Of a stretch of 64,000 bases of DNA, positions 33,536 to 44,580 are shown piece by piece. Positions within the stretch are counted from its first letter, which is position 1, and each line of letters begins with the position of its first letter. Source of the stretch: Nitrospirota bacterium (lineage in GTDB: Bacteria > Nitrospirota > Nitrospiria > Nitrospirales > Nitrospiraceae); assembly GCA_963701855.1 (NCBI GenBank), contig CAVPBK010000004.1, positions 224,001 through 288,000 on the forward strand, given 5' to 3'. The notes below the pieces were generated by a model. It was given only the letters and a program-made list of their open reading frames with translations. It had not been told where the DNA came from and ran no database searches. A program made the position numbers and the translations under genes.

Positions 33536-35017
33536 TCAGATCGCCGCCACCTTGTCATAGTACTGATGATCTTCTCTGTAGCCTCCATGCCCTTCCCCGA
33601 TCGTCGCAAACGTGTCGACCACCTCGATCGCACGAAGATACTTCACCATCTTGTATCCCGTTTTCGTTTCGATGCGCAGGCGACAGGGAGCCCCGTGCGG
33701 AATCGGCAGAGGAGTCCAGTTCATCTCATACGCTAGAATAGTTTGAGGGTCGAGGACCTCATCGAGCGTCAAGACTTCGTAATACGTGAGGGGCGCGTAC
33801 TCCGCTTGAGGAAACGCATGGAAGACCACGTACCGTGCCTGGGGTAGGGGCCTGCACAGGTCCAGGATGGTACTCATCCTCACCCCGCCCCATTCCGCCA
33901 CAGCCGACCAGCCCTGAATACAATTATGTTTGGTGATTTGCTCCTGCTTCGGGAGCGCACGAAGGTCCGCCAGAGACAGCACCAGCGGCCTCTCCACCAG
34001 TCCACTGATGACCATGCGCCACTCGACAAACTGTGCCTCAGCCTGTTTCACATAGGTCTCAGATTCGGGCGGGTACCCATTCACCCGAAAGTACGGCGAA
34101 ATCTCTGCTTTGGTGTACTGCTGTCGGGACCGCAAGCGTCCGAACAGAGCCCGGATAAGCGGTTCGATGACGGCGGTGGCGGTGACTTGAAACTGTCGTT
34201 GATGACGCAGCGTGTACACGGTGGCCCAGAGATGGAAGAGTACGACGCCGATCAACGCGATCGAGGCGATCCAGAGGGCGAGCCCCACATTCGGGGTGGT
34301 GGAGCCCACCACCATGTCGCTGATGTCCTCGGGGAAATGCACGACGACCACCAACGTGAGATGCACCAGCGTGTAGACGACCAAGGTCATCAATCCGAGA
34401 AAATGGAGGCTGCGCGCGGCTTGGCGCCCGCCGAAGAGTCTCGGATACCAGGGAAAGCGGGCGATGAGCGCCGGCGACATACAGAGTCCGGTCAGGATCA
34501 TCAGGGGAGCCACGAGAAAGACCACCCCGGCATAGGTGAGTTGCTGCAACGGATCATACGGGTGAAACGCGCTGTCCGGCGGGATCTGAAACCTGGCATA
34601 CGTCAGGAGGCTCTCCCAGGCCTGGGGGATAATCGTCCAACTGGTGGGGAGCAGCCGGCGCCATTGGCCGGTGACACCCAGCAAGGTCACATAGCTGAGG
34701 CCGTTCAGGACCCAGACCGGGACAATCAGAAAATGCCAGTTCCGTGAAGCCCCCAGATTATGGTGCCCACCGGGGAGGGCGACGAGGGAGTTGATATGCT
34801 CTGCCTCATCCATTGAGGTCCAGAGGCGATCTGTCGGCATCACTTTCTTGCCGAATTTGATCCATTCGCTCCCGGGCGTGGTGTCATCGTTCCAGTAGAG
34901 TTTCGGATGGTCCGCAAGGATCTGTACGCCGCTCCGCATCAACACAAAGATGCAGAACAGATTGATGAAATGGTTGATCCGCAGCCAGAGAGGAAATCCT
35001 AACAACTCCTGCTCCAT
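33536..35017 (-). CDS. Cytochrome b / sulfite-oxidase-family molybdopterin oxidoreductase fusion
   Basis: N-terminal TM domain with candidate heme His (NHFIN, WHF, LHF, VHL). C-terminal HNCIQGWS, LAYEMN and HGAPCRLR...GYKMVK. AAGGAG RBS. Confidence 0.88.
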   Translation of the reverse strand: MEQELLGFPLWLRINHFINLFCIFVLMRSGVQILADHPKLYWNDDTTPGSEWIKFGKKVMPTDRLWTSMDEAEHINSLVALPGGHHNLGASRNWHFLIVPVWVLNGLSYVTLLGVTGQWRRLLPTSWTIIPQAWESLLTYARFQIPPDSAFHPYDPLQQLTYAGVVFLVAPLMILTGLCMSPALIARFPWYPRLFGGRQAARSLHFLGLMTLVVYTLVHLTLVVVVHFPEDISDMVVGSTTPNVGLALWIASIALIGVVLFHLWATVYTLRHQRQFQVTATAVIEPLIRALFGRLRSRQQYTKAEISPYFRVNGYPPESETYVKQAEAQFVEWRMVISGLVERPLVLSLADLRALPKQEQITKHNCIQGWSAVAEWGGVRMSTILDLCRPLPQARYVVFHAFPQAEYAPLTYYEVLTLDEVLDPQTILAYEMNWTPLPIPHGAPCRLRIETKTGYKMVKYLRAIEVVDTFATIGEGHGGYREDHQYYDKVAAI

Positions 35018-35243
35018 CCATCTCTCCTTGTGAGGTCCGATGAGCGATCCATCGGTAAGTCGTCAGGTTGACCCTCCGACCTAGCGCTGACCAACAGGAC
35101 AATGATCGTCAAGAGGCATTGATCAGCTGTGATCCCAAATGCTTATGTCCCAATGCCCACTCGTCAGCACAATGGACGGAGGGTCTACCTTCCGCACTCT
35201 CTTTTGTCCCCCAATAGGTCTCTTCATCATAATTCTTCACGCA

Positions 35244-35501
35244 TTATTCATTCTTCGTGTTCGACTCCTTCCGGGGTGAGCGTATGCGTTGGCTGATCTT
35301 GGTGAGCGCCGCACCTTTGTGCATGGCCATGTGGTCGGTCTTGTCGCTCTTGATCAAATATTGCGGCTCCTCCTTCGAGGCATGGACGATATAGGTCTTA
35401 AACTTGATGGCGGAGGTGACCTTCTTCTTGATCGTTCCCTGGACGTGGCCCGCTTCCGAGTTCCAGCTCACATGATCTCCGGCTTTGAAGACGTATCCCA
35501 T
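35244..35501 (-). CDS. DUF2945/HVA1-like small protein
   Basis: FKAGDHVSWNSEAGHVQGTI...ASKEEPQYLIKSDKTDHMAMHKGAAL. Confidence 0.8.
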   Translation of the reverse strand: MGYVFKAGDHVSWNSEAGHVQGTIKKKVTSAIKFKTYIVHASKEEPQYLIKSDKTDHMAMHKGAALTKISQRIRSPRKESNTKNE

Positions 35502-35680
35502 TGGTATGATTTCTCGTAAATGCTTCGTGCTTGTATTGCTTCGGGTGACGGTCGCCGAGTCGATCACGTCCTAGCCCGTCACCCGCAACATCCCGACCAG
35601 AGTGGTGCTTCAACACCCACCCGCGAGTGGCTGGCAACAACTTCGGTACGTGCCGGTGCCTTTGGCCATATCGCCCAGAA

Positions 35681-37770
35681 TTAGGCTGTCTTCTTTTCGA
35701 GTAACACCAGCACCTGCTTGCATACGTTTTCCACAGTGAAGCCATATTCGTGCATGACCACCGGCCCGGGAGCCGACGCGCCAAACCGGTCCACCCCGAT
35801 CACGTCTCCCTGGTCCCCCACGTACCGGTGCCACCCCTGCGTACGCCCGCTTCGACCGCGAGCCGCGCATGGACCGACGGGGGTAACACCGAGTCGCGAT
35901 AGTCCCGAGATTGGGCCTCAAACAATTCCCAACTCGGCATCGACACGAGGCGCACGGCGATGTGCTGCTCCTGCAACGCCTGTTGCGCCGCCACGATGAG
36001 GCCGACCTCCGATCCGCTGGCGATCAAAATCACGTGCGGGTTGCCCTGCGGCGCATCGGCCAGGATGTATGCCCCGCGGCGGAGACCGTCCGCCGACGCA
36101 AATTGCGACCGGTTGAGCGTCGGCACCGATTCTGCCGCGTCAGGATCAAGGCCACCGGCCGGTCCCGCGTTTCGATCGCCACCCGCCATGCCACCGCCGT
36201 CTCGTTGGCGTCGCCAGGACGGATGACCATCAGCTGCGGAATCGCCCGCAGACTGGCGACCTGCTCCACGGCTTGATGGGTCGGGCCGTCCTCACCCAGT
36301 GCAAGGCTGTCATGCGTGAACACGTACACCACCTGGATTCCCATCAACGCGGCGAGTCGAATCGGCGGGCGCATGTAATCGGAGAAGGTCAGAAACGTGG
36401 CGCCGAACGGGATGATGCCTCCATGTGTGGCCAGGCCGTTCAAGATCGCCCCCATCGCATGTTCGCGAACCCCAAACTGCAGATTGCGGCCGGCATAACT
36501 CCAGCCGCCGCCGGCCGACCCTTGCAGATCACCAACCGCCATGGCGGAGTTCTCAAAGTTGCCTGCATCGTTCAGTTCCGTATACGTGGATGGATTCAAG
36601 TCGGCCGAGCCGCCGATTAGGCCGGGGAGGTTCTGACTGATCGCTTCCATTATTTTTCCCGACGCGACGCGGGTGGCCAGGCCTTTGGCATCGGCGGGGA
36701 ATTGCGGAATGTTCGCGTCCCAGCCTGGTGGCAGTTCTCCCGCGATGAGGAGGCGCAGTTCGCGGGCGAGTTCCGGATACTGCTGTTCGTATGCCGCAAA
36801 CTTCTCATTCCATTCTGCTTCTGCTTGCCGACCACGGTGAACGGCTTGGCGACAATGCTGCTCGACTGCGTCTGGCACAAGAAATGGTGGTTCGACGGGC
36901 CACCCAAGGTTCTCCTTCGTCAGCTGTGACTTCTTCCTCGCCCAGCGGGGAGCCATGCGCCGCAAAGGTGTCCTGCTTATGGGGCGACCCATAACCGATA
37001 TGCGTCCGCACCAGGATCAGTGAGGGGCGCTCCGTCTCCTGCCGCGCCGCGCGGATGGCGCCGTCGATGGCGTCCACGTCGTTGCCATCATCGATCGATT
37101 GCGTGTGCCAGCCATACGCCGCGAACCGTTGCGCACGGTCTTCGGTGAAGGTCAACTGCGTCGAGGCGGCGAGCGTGATGTGATTGTCATCGTAGAGATA
37201 AATCAGCTTGCCCAGTTTCAAGTGCCCGGCGAGCGAGGCGGCTTCCGCCGCGACGCCTTCCATCAAATCGCCGTCGCTGACCAGCCCGTAGGTGAAATGA
37301 TGAATGATCTCAAACCCTGGCCGATTGTAGCGGGCGGCCAGATACGCTTCGGCAATGGCCAGGCCAACTCCATTCCCAAATCCCTGACCGAGCGGACCAG
37401 TGGTGACTTCTACCCCGGGGGTCACCCCGCGCTCGGGATGACCCGGCGTGAAGCTGCCCCACTGGCGAAACTGTTTGATTTGTTCGAGCGGCAGATCATA
37501 GCCCGTGAGATGCAGCAAGCTGTACAGGAGCATCGATCCGTGGCCGGCTGACAAGACAAATCGGTCCCGATTGAACCAGTGCGGATTCGTCGGATTATGT
37601 TGAAGAAATCTGGTCCACAACACATACGCCATCGGGGCGGCACCCAACGGCAGACCCGGGTGGCCGCTCTTGGCTTTTTCCACCGCATCCACCGACAGGA
37701 ACCGAATCGTGTTGATCGACAGCTGATCCAATTGCGCAGGGGTAAGACTTGTTTCGCCTATGGTATTCAT
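35681..37770 (-). pseudogene. tkt: Transketolase with three frameshifts (real or assembly errors)
   Basis: [49 protein letters not shown]. The frame changes near 36927, 36128 and 35841. The reconstructed end ...[16 protein letters not shown] stops at 35681. Confidence 0.93.
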
Positions 37771-38044
37771 CGTGCGTTTTCCTGGCTAAGCTCGCGGTGT
37801 TTGCCCCGCCTTGTGATCGAGCGAGCGCAAATACCTAGCGGATCTCTTTCATTCCGAGAAACTAGCACCGATAGATCTGTTGCTAAGCGATGCGACGTAA
37901 ACACAAGAAGCATACATACAATAGTCCAATCGCTGAATAGGGGTGTGCTCCTCACCGCCCCTTCTCGACCAGCACGACCTTCTTCTTGCTGACGCTCTCC
38001 CGACCAACGCATTGAGCACGTGAAGGATGAACGAGCCGTTTCTA

Positions 38045-38362
38045 TCACATGCCCCCACGCTGGGTAGCGTCCTTATGTGGCGGTGTCCAGTGATACCCGT
38101 CCTCTCCATGTAGCCGCATTTCCTCAGCCACATTCTCTTTCAGTAAGCGGTCGATTCTCGCTTGGGTAAAGCTTCGATCGGCTAAGATGGGCCATCCAAT
38201 GCACAGCGTAAATTGTTTCTTCCCATTATCAACGGTAAAGGTATGAGTGCGCGATGCGTCGGCTCGATGCGCAATGCCAAAATTATCGAACTCCTTCTTT
38301 AGGAATGTTTTGACCACCTCAACATTTGCATCGATCCATGACGTTTCATTCATGTCTGCCAT
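38045..38362 (-). CDS. Hypothetical protein (105 aa)
   Basis: AAGGGTG upstream of MADMNETSWIDANVEVVK...; globular composition. Confidence 0.55.
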   Translation of the reverse strand: MADMNETSWIDANVEVVKTFLKKEFDNFGIAHRADASRTHTFTVDNGKKQFTLCIGWPILADRSFTQARIDRLLKENVAEEMRLHGEDGYHWTPPHKDATQRGGM

Positions 38363-38533
38363 TGGCGTGTCACCCTTCTTCAAGAAGTTCGTGTCATTCC
38401 CATACGTGGTCGGTCCTCCTGACCGCCATCCTTGGAGGGGCACTCGACGATCCACAATGGGGCTCCTCAACGTATTTCTGAGTGAGTCGCCGGATGTTGG
38501 AGCATAGGGTCAACAGCCGATCACCCTTGTGCT

Positions 38534-39178
38534 TCAGAGATTCTTCCGCAACCGCACGACTCGGCCCAAGATGCGCTGCTGTTTCGTCTTGGGGAAGTCT
38601 TGATACCGCCGGTTGAGCGGATAAAGAATAGCCTGCCTGCCGATTTCCTTGAGCTGCCGTACAAGGGCTCCTTTTGAGCCGCCGGCCTCACTTTCCACCA
38701 CCACATAGTCACCAGGCTCACCGGAAAGCTCAGGATTGACGAAAATGATTTCGCCTTCGCTGAAGAGGGGCTGCATAGAATCGTCTCGTATCTGTAGCGC
38801 GAAGGTGCGTCTCCCAGGAATGTCTGTTTCAAGCAGCCCTTTCGCGTGGATGAGACGAGGCAGCGGCTCGGGCTCGACCATCTGGTCGATTTGATCCCAC
38901 CCTAGAAGCGGCACCTTCCTCATTGAGCCGAGGGGGGAGGGATGGGTGTTCTCTGTGAGTTCGAACAGTTCCGCTGCGTGTGGCGGGCCCCCGGATCGCA
39001 GGAAATCAGCATGAATGCGAAAATATCGCGCAAACTGTTCCCAGATTTTCGGATCTGATGGGACCTCGTCGACCAGAATGTTGGCAATCGTCCGCACAGA
39101 GACTCCCACCGCAGAAGCCAGCTCCTCTTCAGTCAGTCCCTCACCGAGTTCTCGATGAACAAGTCTTTTCAAGTCCAC
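38534..39178 (-). CDS. XRE-HTH plus S24 peptidase (LexA/CI-like) regulator
   Basis: HTH GLTEEELASAVGVSVRTI, then VPLLGW, FALQIRDDSMQPLFSEGEIIFV, LYPLNRRY and ILGRVV. GAGGAGG RBS. Confidence 0.9.
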   Translation of the reverse strand: MDLKRLVHRELGEGLTEEELASAVGVSVRTIANILVDEVPSDPKIWEQFARYFRIHADFLRSGGPPHAAELFELTENTHPSPLGSMRKVPLLGWDQIDQMVEPEPLPRLIHAKGLLETDIPGRRTFALQIRDDSMQPLFSEGEIIFVNPELSGEPGDYVVVESEAGGSKGALVRQLKEIGRQAILYPLNRRYQDFPKTKQQRILGRVVRLRKNL

Positions 39179-40140
39179 AACGGAATTCCTCCTCTACCTG
39201 TTCGCGGCGTCTGGCATTGAGTATTCCTGCCCGAGTGAAACATATTCATACCCCGCATCGGCGAGAAGCACCGCGTCGCCAGGAGAGCGCATATCTCGTG
39301 ACAGCCCACTGTTTCAGTCCCGTCAATCACGAATTTGCAACCCGGCGCAACGGACGCATAATCTCGTAGAGAATTGCTCGCTCGCGGGAAGGGGCCGACT
39401 GGCATGCCCGTTCCGTCCCGCTTCATTGTTCCGACCCACTTCGGCTCTTCCAGCTCCATTCTCCGCTCTATGATTCAGCCTCCCGGTTGTCGGGTCAACG
39501 CGATGTGTGCTTGGGTTCAGAAGGTCACGGTGTTCTCAGTCGTTGGCGTCACTGTAGCCCCGCCATATGATCGATCCATGAAAGGATCATGAAGAATTTT
39601 TCATCAGCCCTGAATGACTAGAAGAGCGGCGGTCGTCGTGGAGCAGCCAGACGCAGCCATTGCAGGGTACAATTTCATGGAATACGCCCCCTGCTTCTGA
39701 AATTCCCGTCGCTGGAATCGCATCGTGCATGTCGACGTATCGCTTGCGGAGGTGAACGAACACTATAGCGTCGAGGTCGGCATGCTGGGGAGATCCGAAG
39801 CCGGACTGAGATTCCTAACACCTCCTGCTCCGTCCTTCTCTTCTTGATGGGTCCCGATGAGGAATCCAACGATGAGGCGTCAGGGCGCCCCCTGACCTGG
39901 CGCCGCCAACATGACGACGATCGGCATGAGGCATTAACTAGCTGTGACCAGAAATGCTCATGTCACGACCTCCTTCGAGCACAGTGCAAGTCTCAACCGG
40001 GTATGTGCGCGTAGTCTCCGGGCCTCAGCAAAGGGCGTGAGAGCATGAACCTGACGCGGTGCACACATATTTCAGGATTTCACAGGCAGGCCAAGCGGTA
40101 TGCGTATTTCTGGCCTCATCCAGCGCACTCCCTTTCTACC

Positions 40141-40482
40141 TTACTTCGATGGGCTCTTGCCCTTCTCCTTAAGGTCTTCTGCGGCAAGAGCCGCTCCACC
40201 CCCTTGAGTCTTTTCGACGTTTTGTTCCAATTCTTGCCGGGTGACGGGCTCGGGTTTCTCCCTTTTCATTCCTCCCGTTAACACGTCACTCCGTGTACCC
40301 GGACCAGTGCCGCCCTGACCAAAGGTTCCTCCACCTGGAGTGCTTCGTTGAATCTCCTGTGGCACATTATCTTTGGGATTACCTGAGGTCCCAGGCTGAA
40401 CCCCGAGGATCTCCGCCAACGCTCCTGTGGCCACGAACACACTCACACACACGACACCGCCCCATATTTGCACCTTGTTCAT
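40141..40482 (-). CDS. Exported Gly-rich hypothetical protein
   Basis: AAAGGAGG RBS; signal peptide MNKVQIWGGVVCVSVFVATGALA. Confidence 0.7.
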   Translation of the reverse strand: MNKVQIWGGVVCVSVFVATGALAEILGVQPGTSGNPKDNVPQEIQRSTPGGGTFGQGGTGPGTRSDVLTGGMKREKPEPVTRQELEQNVEKTQGGGAALAAEDLKEKGKSPSK

Positions 40483-40651
40483 CACAAACCTCCTTTGGCG
40501 TGAGAGTAGTGAGTGCACGATGCACCTCCTACTCAAGCAGAAAGATATCCTGCATTGGTGGCGGAAACTTTGATGCTAATTCCTAACGCTACTATCAATA
40601 GCCACTTAAAGTCTGAGCAATAGTGCACAAATTCAGCGGTTTTACCATCAT

Positions 40652-40745
40652 GGCTTGGCCGACAAGTAATCATCCGCTTGGTGCACGGAAGCGTATCTGA
40701 TGAGGTGTTGCAGCAGATGCCGTCCCCCGGTCTCGGCGTTTCATG
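40652..40745 (+). pseudogene. Universal stress protein C-terminal remnant
   Basis: GRQVIIRLVHGSVSDEVLQQMPSP resembles the USP GSVxxxVLxxAPCPV motif. Confidence 0.35.
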
Positions 40746-40980
40746 GAGGAAACGGACGAACGGTGGGAAAAGCTCGACGGATGACGAACTTTTTATATTC
40801 TGTGAGGTTGCTCTATTCATAAATACCGCCTGCGTCTTCCAATCCTCTCGCTCGGTCATCTTTTCGGTCTTCTCGACGGAATTGCAATAGCTCCTAATCT
40901 TGGAAAGCTACGAAATTTGAGAAGAGCCGTTGCTCGGCCATTTTCCGAGGCAGCCCCTTCTCGCCACATGTTGAACTCGA

Positions 40981-41181
40981 TTACGCAAGCTGCGAGCGGA
41001 GTGCGACCTCATAAGTGGAGTAACCAAGTTGGCTAAGCAACAGCCGTCCATCTCGCGACATCCGATCAACGGCGACGAATACTTCTCCCCAACTGAAATG
41101 GGAAAGTTCGGTGACCACCTCGTCAAAGCGGCACGGACCGCTCTGTAACTTTTCAATAATCGCTTCTTCTATGGGTAGCAT
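40981..41181 (-). CDS. Small winged-helix-like hypothetical protein (66 aa)
   Basis: GGAGG RBS; MLPIEEAIIEKLQSGPCRFDEVV...SWGEVFVAVDRMSRDGRLLL. Confidence 0.65.
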   Translation of the reverse strand: MLPIEEAIIEKLQSGPCRFDEVVTELSHFSWGEVFVAVDRMSRDGRLLLSQLGYSTYEVALRSQLA

Positions 41182-41378
41182 GGCGTCAGACCTCCGGTTG
41201 AAGTGAGATGCTCCCGCTGATGTCACGTATTATGGACAGGCATGCGCCGTTGGTAAGTCAGCACTTCCCTAGTATTGGAGTAAGACCAGTCCTACGAAAT
41301 CCCTCGAAGAAGCGGGCCGGATCTCTCCCGGCGACCGCAGAGCCGTATACTAAGGTTGTGGGAAGCTGTCGGCGCGAG

Positions 41379-41540
41379 TCAGCGAGCAACTGCGTCACCG
41401 CAGGCCGTGCAGCAATAGCTGCCCGTCATATAGCCATCTTCGTTCCGTTCCACATCGACTTTCAGATGCTCACAGAGCGGTGGGTACTTCACTTGGTAAT
41501 TCCACTTCGCTCGTAATTCAGCAGCCTGCGTCTTTGTCAT
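41379..41540 (-). CDS. Small CEH...CxxC hypothetical protein (53 aa)
   Basis: AAGGA RBS; PPLCEHLKVDVE...TGSYCCTACGD. Paralog of 9716-9898. Confidence 0.65.
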   Translation of the reverse strand: MTKTQAAELRAKWNYQVKYPPLCEHLKVDVERNEDGYMTGSYCCTACGDAVAR

Positions 41541-41820
41541 GACATTCCTTTCGTTCCTTAACTTCTCATCGACACGTCGATTCCAGGAACTTACCTCATC
41601 ACTGATGTCCGCGCATGATGAGTCAGTCCAACCGCTGGTGCTGTCTTCTTTTGCACACATCTAGAACTGATCACGCGGGGAAGAATGGAGCTTACGGCAG
41701 CGGAGGGAGGGGTAACTGTAAGAGAGAACCTAGATGAGACTATGCATAAGATATCTTCTAGGTGAGTTGGAGAGTTGATGCATGGAGTGCGTGGCCTGAC
41801 GTGATCCTGCACGTTTCGTC

Positions 41821-42057
41821 TTAATCTTCCGACAATACTGGAACCTTTCCGTCGGTAATAGCTTGACCCGATTTGATTCTATGGGTATTAGCGGTCTCTT
41901 CCATGGCGTAGGTAGTGTCGTCTGTATAGGACTTCGCTGTGACTATCCCCTCACGCTCCGAAGAAATCTCAATCTTTGGCCTCCACTCGTCCTTCCCCAA
42001 CAGTTGCGACGGGGTCGAGCTGATGGTGTATCCTCGATATTCGACATTCTTGGTCAT
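41821..42057 (-). CDS. Hypothetical protein (78 aa)
   Basis: MTKNVEYRGYTISSTP...WRPKIEI...; start overlaps the upstream stop (ATGA). Confidence 0.55.
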   Translation of the reverse strand: MTKNVEYRGYTISSTPSQLLGKDEWRPKIEISSEREGIVTAKSYTDDTTYAMEETANTHRIKSGQAITDGKVPVLSED

Positions 42058-42221
42058 GCGGGTGGCTCCGAGTGAGAGGCCATGAACCGATCAAGATCCT
42101 CCTTCGTGATCGTCCCATCAATCACAATTGTTTCCCCTGCGCTGTCGGCCAATGGAGCCTCAGATCCGTGCTGGACGGCCCATGTTAATAACTTCGTCAG
42201 GTTCTCCCACGTCATTTCCAT
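42054..42221 (-). CDS. Hypothetical protein (55 aa)
   Basis: GGAG RBS; coupled to the next gene by an ATGA overlap. Confidence 0.45.
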   Translation of the reverse strand: MEMTWENLTKLLTWAVQHGSEAPLADSAGETIVIDGTITKEDLDRFMASHSEPPA

Positions 42222-42480
42222 ATTTACTCCGGCAGCTCCAGCTGCCCGGCCCATTCAGCCTCAGGCCCGCAGGGTATGCGATGGGTCTCAAGGTGTGAGT
42301 GCATTCCCGGCGATACACCGATCGTTCGCAACTCATTATTCCACTCGATGAGTTCGATAATCTGCAATCGATCTCGTTTAGACCTCCATGCCAAGGACAT
42401 GACAGCCGGGCAATCTGGGAGGAATAGCGGGTACGCGGAGCAACAGGACAGGCCCCTGCAGACCCAAGGGGTAACCATCA

Positions 42481-42747
42481 TTATCTTGTGCCTTGTGGAA
42501 TACGAACCTCGGCAATCCGGGCCCCGTTCACCACTTTGGCGATATTCATCACCATTTCTTTTACCGATTCCCTGTGAAGCTTTGGACCAGGCGGCACTTC
42601 GGCCATTTCAGTATGTATGGCTTCAGCGATTGAGTCGGGCATAACCTTGTGCTGCTGCTCTAGCGCACGACACAGTCCAACAAATGCAATCGTAAACGCG
42701 GTAACGACATCGGATAATTCCTGATTATTTTGCTCATTCAAAGACAT
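42481..42747 (-). CDS. Hypothetical protein (88 aa)
   Basis: AGGAGGG RBS; helical amphipathic composition. Confidence 0.55.
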   Translation of the reverse strand: MSLNEQNNQELSDVVTAFTIAFVGLCRALEQQHKVMPDSIAEAIHTEMAEVPPGPKLHRESVKEMVMNIAKVVNGARIAEVRIPQGTR

Positions 42748-42908
42748 GATTCCCTCCTGGTGTGTTGTAATGGATGCGCGACTCAAATCCCATTTCTCGT
42801 TACTGTGGTCGTGACAGTCTCCTCTGCAGGATTACAGTTTGTTCGCCTGATCGAGCAATCTGGCTATGCGTTTCCGGCAGAACTGCCTAAGCTTTGGCCA
42901 GAACCTCG

Positions 42909-43268
42909 CTAAGCGACCGCCAGTGTCTCCATGGCCTGAGTTGCCCTGATTGTATCCATCACCTGCGTGAAACACCCCGGACAGTAGGTGTGCGTTTGAA
43001 GGCAATCGGCCGGATTGATGCCATGGGTCTTTCGATACGTTCGCTGCGTGACCCAGCATGCACGATCAAGATACGGGCCGATCTCGTCACGAATGAGTCG
43101 GCAGAGACAACAGACAGGGAGTAGTGGCGTCTCTGTCCTCAAAGCGGACGGAGCGGCATGCGTGGTCTTAGCGAACAGGGTGTTAACAGAGCCAACCGCT
43201 CCGCCTTTCATGGCTCCGCTCCCTATATCCATGCTGCGCGACATCAGACTTCGCCTCGTCAGTCCCAT
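42909..43268 (-). CDS. Stand-alone CxxC...HxxCxxC domain protein
   Basis: LPVCCLCRLIRDE...W...Y...THTYCPGCF. Start uncertain. Confidence 0.6.
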   Translation of the reverse strand: MGLTRRSLMSRSMDIGSGAMKGGAVGSVNTLFAKTTHAAPSALRTETPLLPVCCLCRLIRDEIGPYLDRACWVTQRTYRKTHGINPADCLQTHTYCPGCFTQVMDTIRATQAMETLAVA

Positions 43269-43496
43269 GATGGATCGCCTGTTGGCTGTGGCCCTACGCG
43301 CGGTAAGCCTGATGCGTCCTCTTTCTCGTGAGTTCGCCTCATCGCCCTTCGAGTCTGCTTATGCTGATGAGCGGCCTGTTCATGAGGCTCTTCGGTTTTC
43401 TCGTATTGGTCGACGGCTTGTTTTGCCATGGTCGTCTCCTTTGAAGGGTTCGCTGTAGTATGCCGATCAGACAGCGCGCCGTCTGATCACAATTGC

Positions 43497-43916
<420 letters not shown>

Positions 43917-43986
43917 TCACTGATTCTGCTGAAAGTGGCGAGTTCGCGCGCATACCGCTTCGCAACGGATCTCGCTCCTGTGTTCG

Positions 43987-44286
43987 CTAATAGATGATGG
44001 GTGGGCGCTTCTCATTGATCACCAGCATCAATCGTTGTTGTTGCAGGGGTCGCTCGGGATCTCGCGTGTAGTGAGAGAAGTCATCTGTCACCTCAACCTG
44101 GCTGAGCGGAACGGAGATCTTCTGTTTCAAATGGACCACGTGCGTTTCGATCGAGAGGTCCACCGATTGATCCGTGCAGCCCGTCACTGTGGTGTTCAGG
44201 TCCGGCGCATCGAGAAAATGCACCGTGACCCGCTCTTCCGGATTAATCCACGGACGGATTCGGTTCTGCTTTTCCTCATTCGTCAA
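43987..44286 (-). CDS. Hypothetical protein (99 aa)
   Basis: AAGGAG then TTG at 44286; RIRPWINPEERVTVHF...HYTRDPERPL...RPPIIY. Confidence 0.6.
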   Translation of the reverse strand: MTNEEKQNRIRPWINPEERVTVHFLDAPDLNTTVTGCTDQSVDLSIETHVVHLKQKISVPLSQVEVTDDFSHYTRDPERPLQQQRLMLVINEKRPPIIY

Positions 44287-44509
44287 GTGCACGCTCTCCT
44301 TCACGCTGGAACAAATGATCCGAGCAGTTAACCCAACTAAGATGGTCGGTTGCTTGTGTCGCCATGGTCGTCTCCTTGAACAGTTCCCCATAGTATGCTG
44401 AGAAGACAGCGTAGGGTCTGTTCACATTTGCTCACTGTTAAAAAAATATCTGGCAGACCGCAGGACGCTATTCCTATGCGAAGATTCAGCAGGAAAACGG
44501 GAACCTAGG

Positions 44510-44580
44510 ACTTAGTGGATCAACTTTTTAACTCGAGCGAGAAGCGGCTGGCCCGGACGCTGCTGATATTGGCCCAGCTT
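44510..44580 (+). pseudogene. Crp/Fnr-family regulator fragment
   Basis: DLVDQLFNSSEKRLARTLLILAQ is the typical C-helix/hinge region of Crp/Fnr proteins. Confidence 0.6.
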
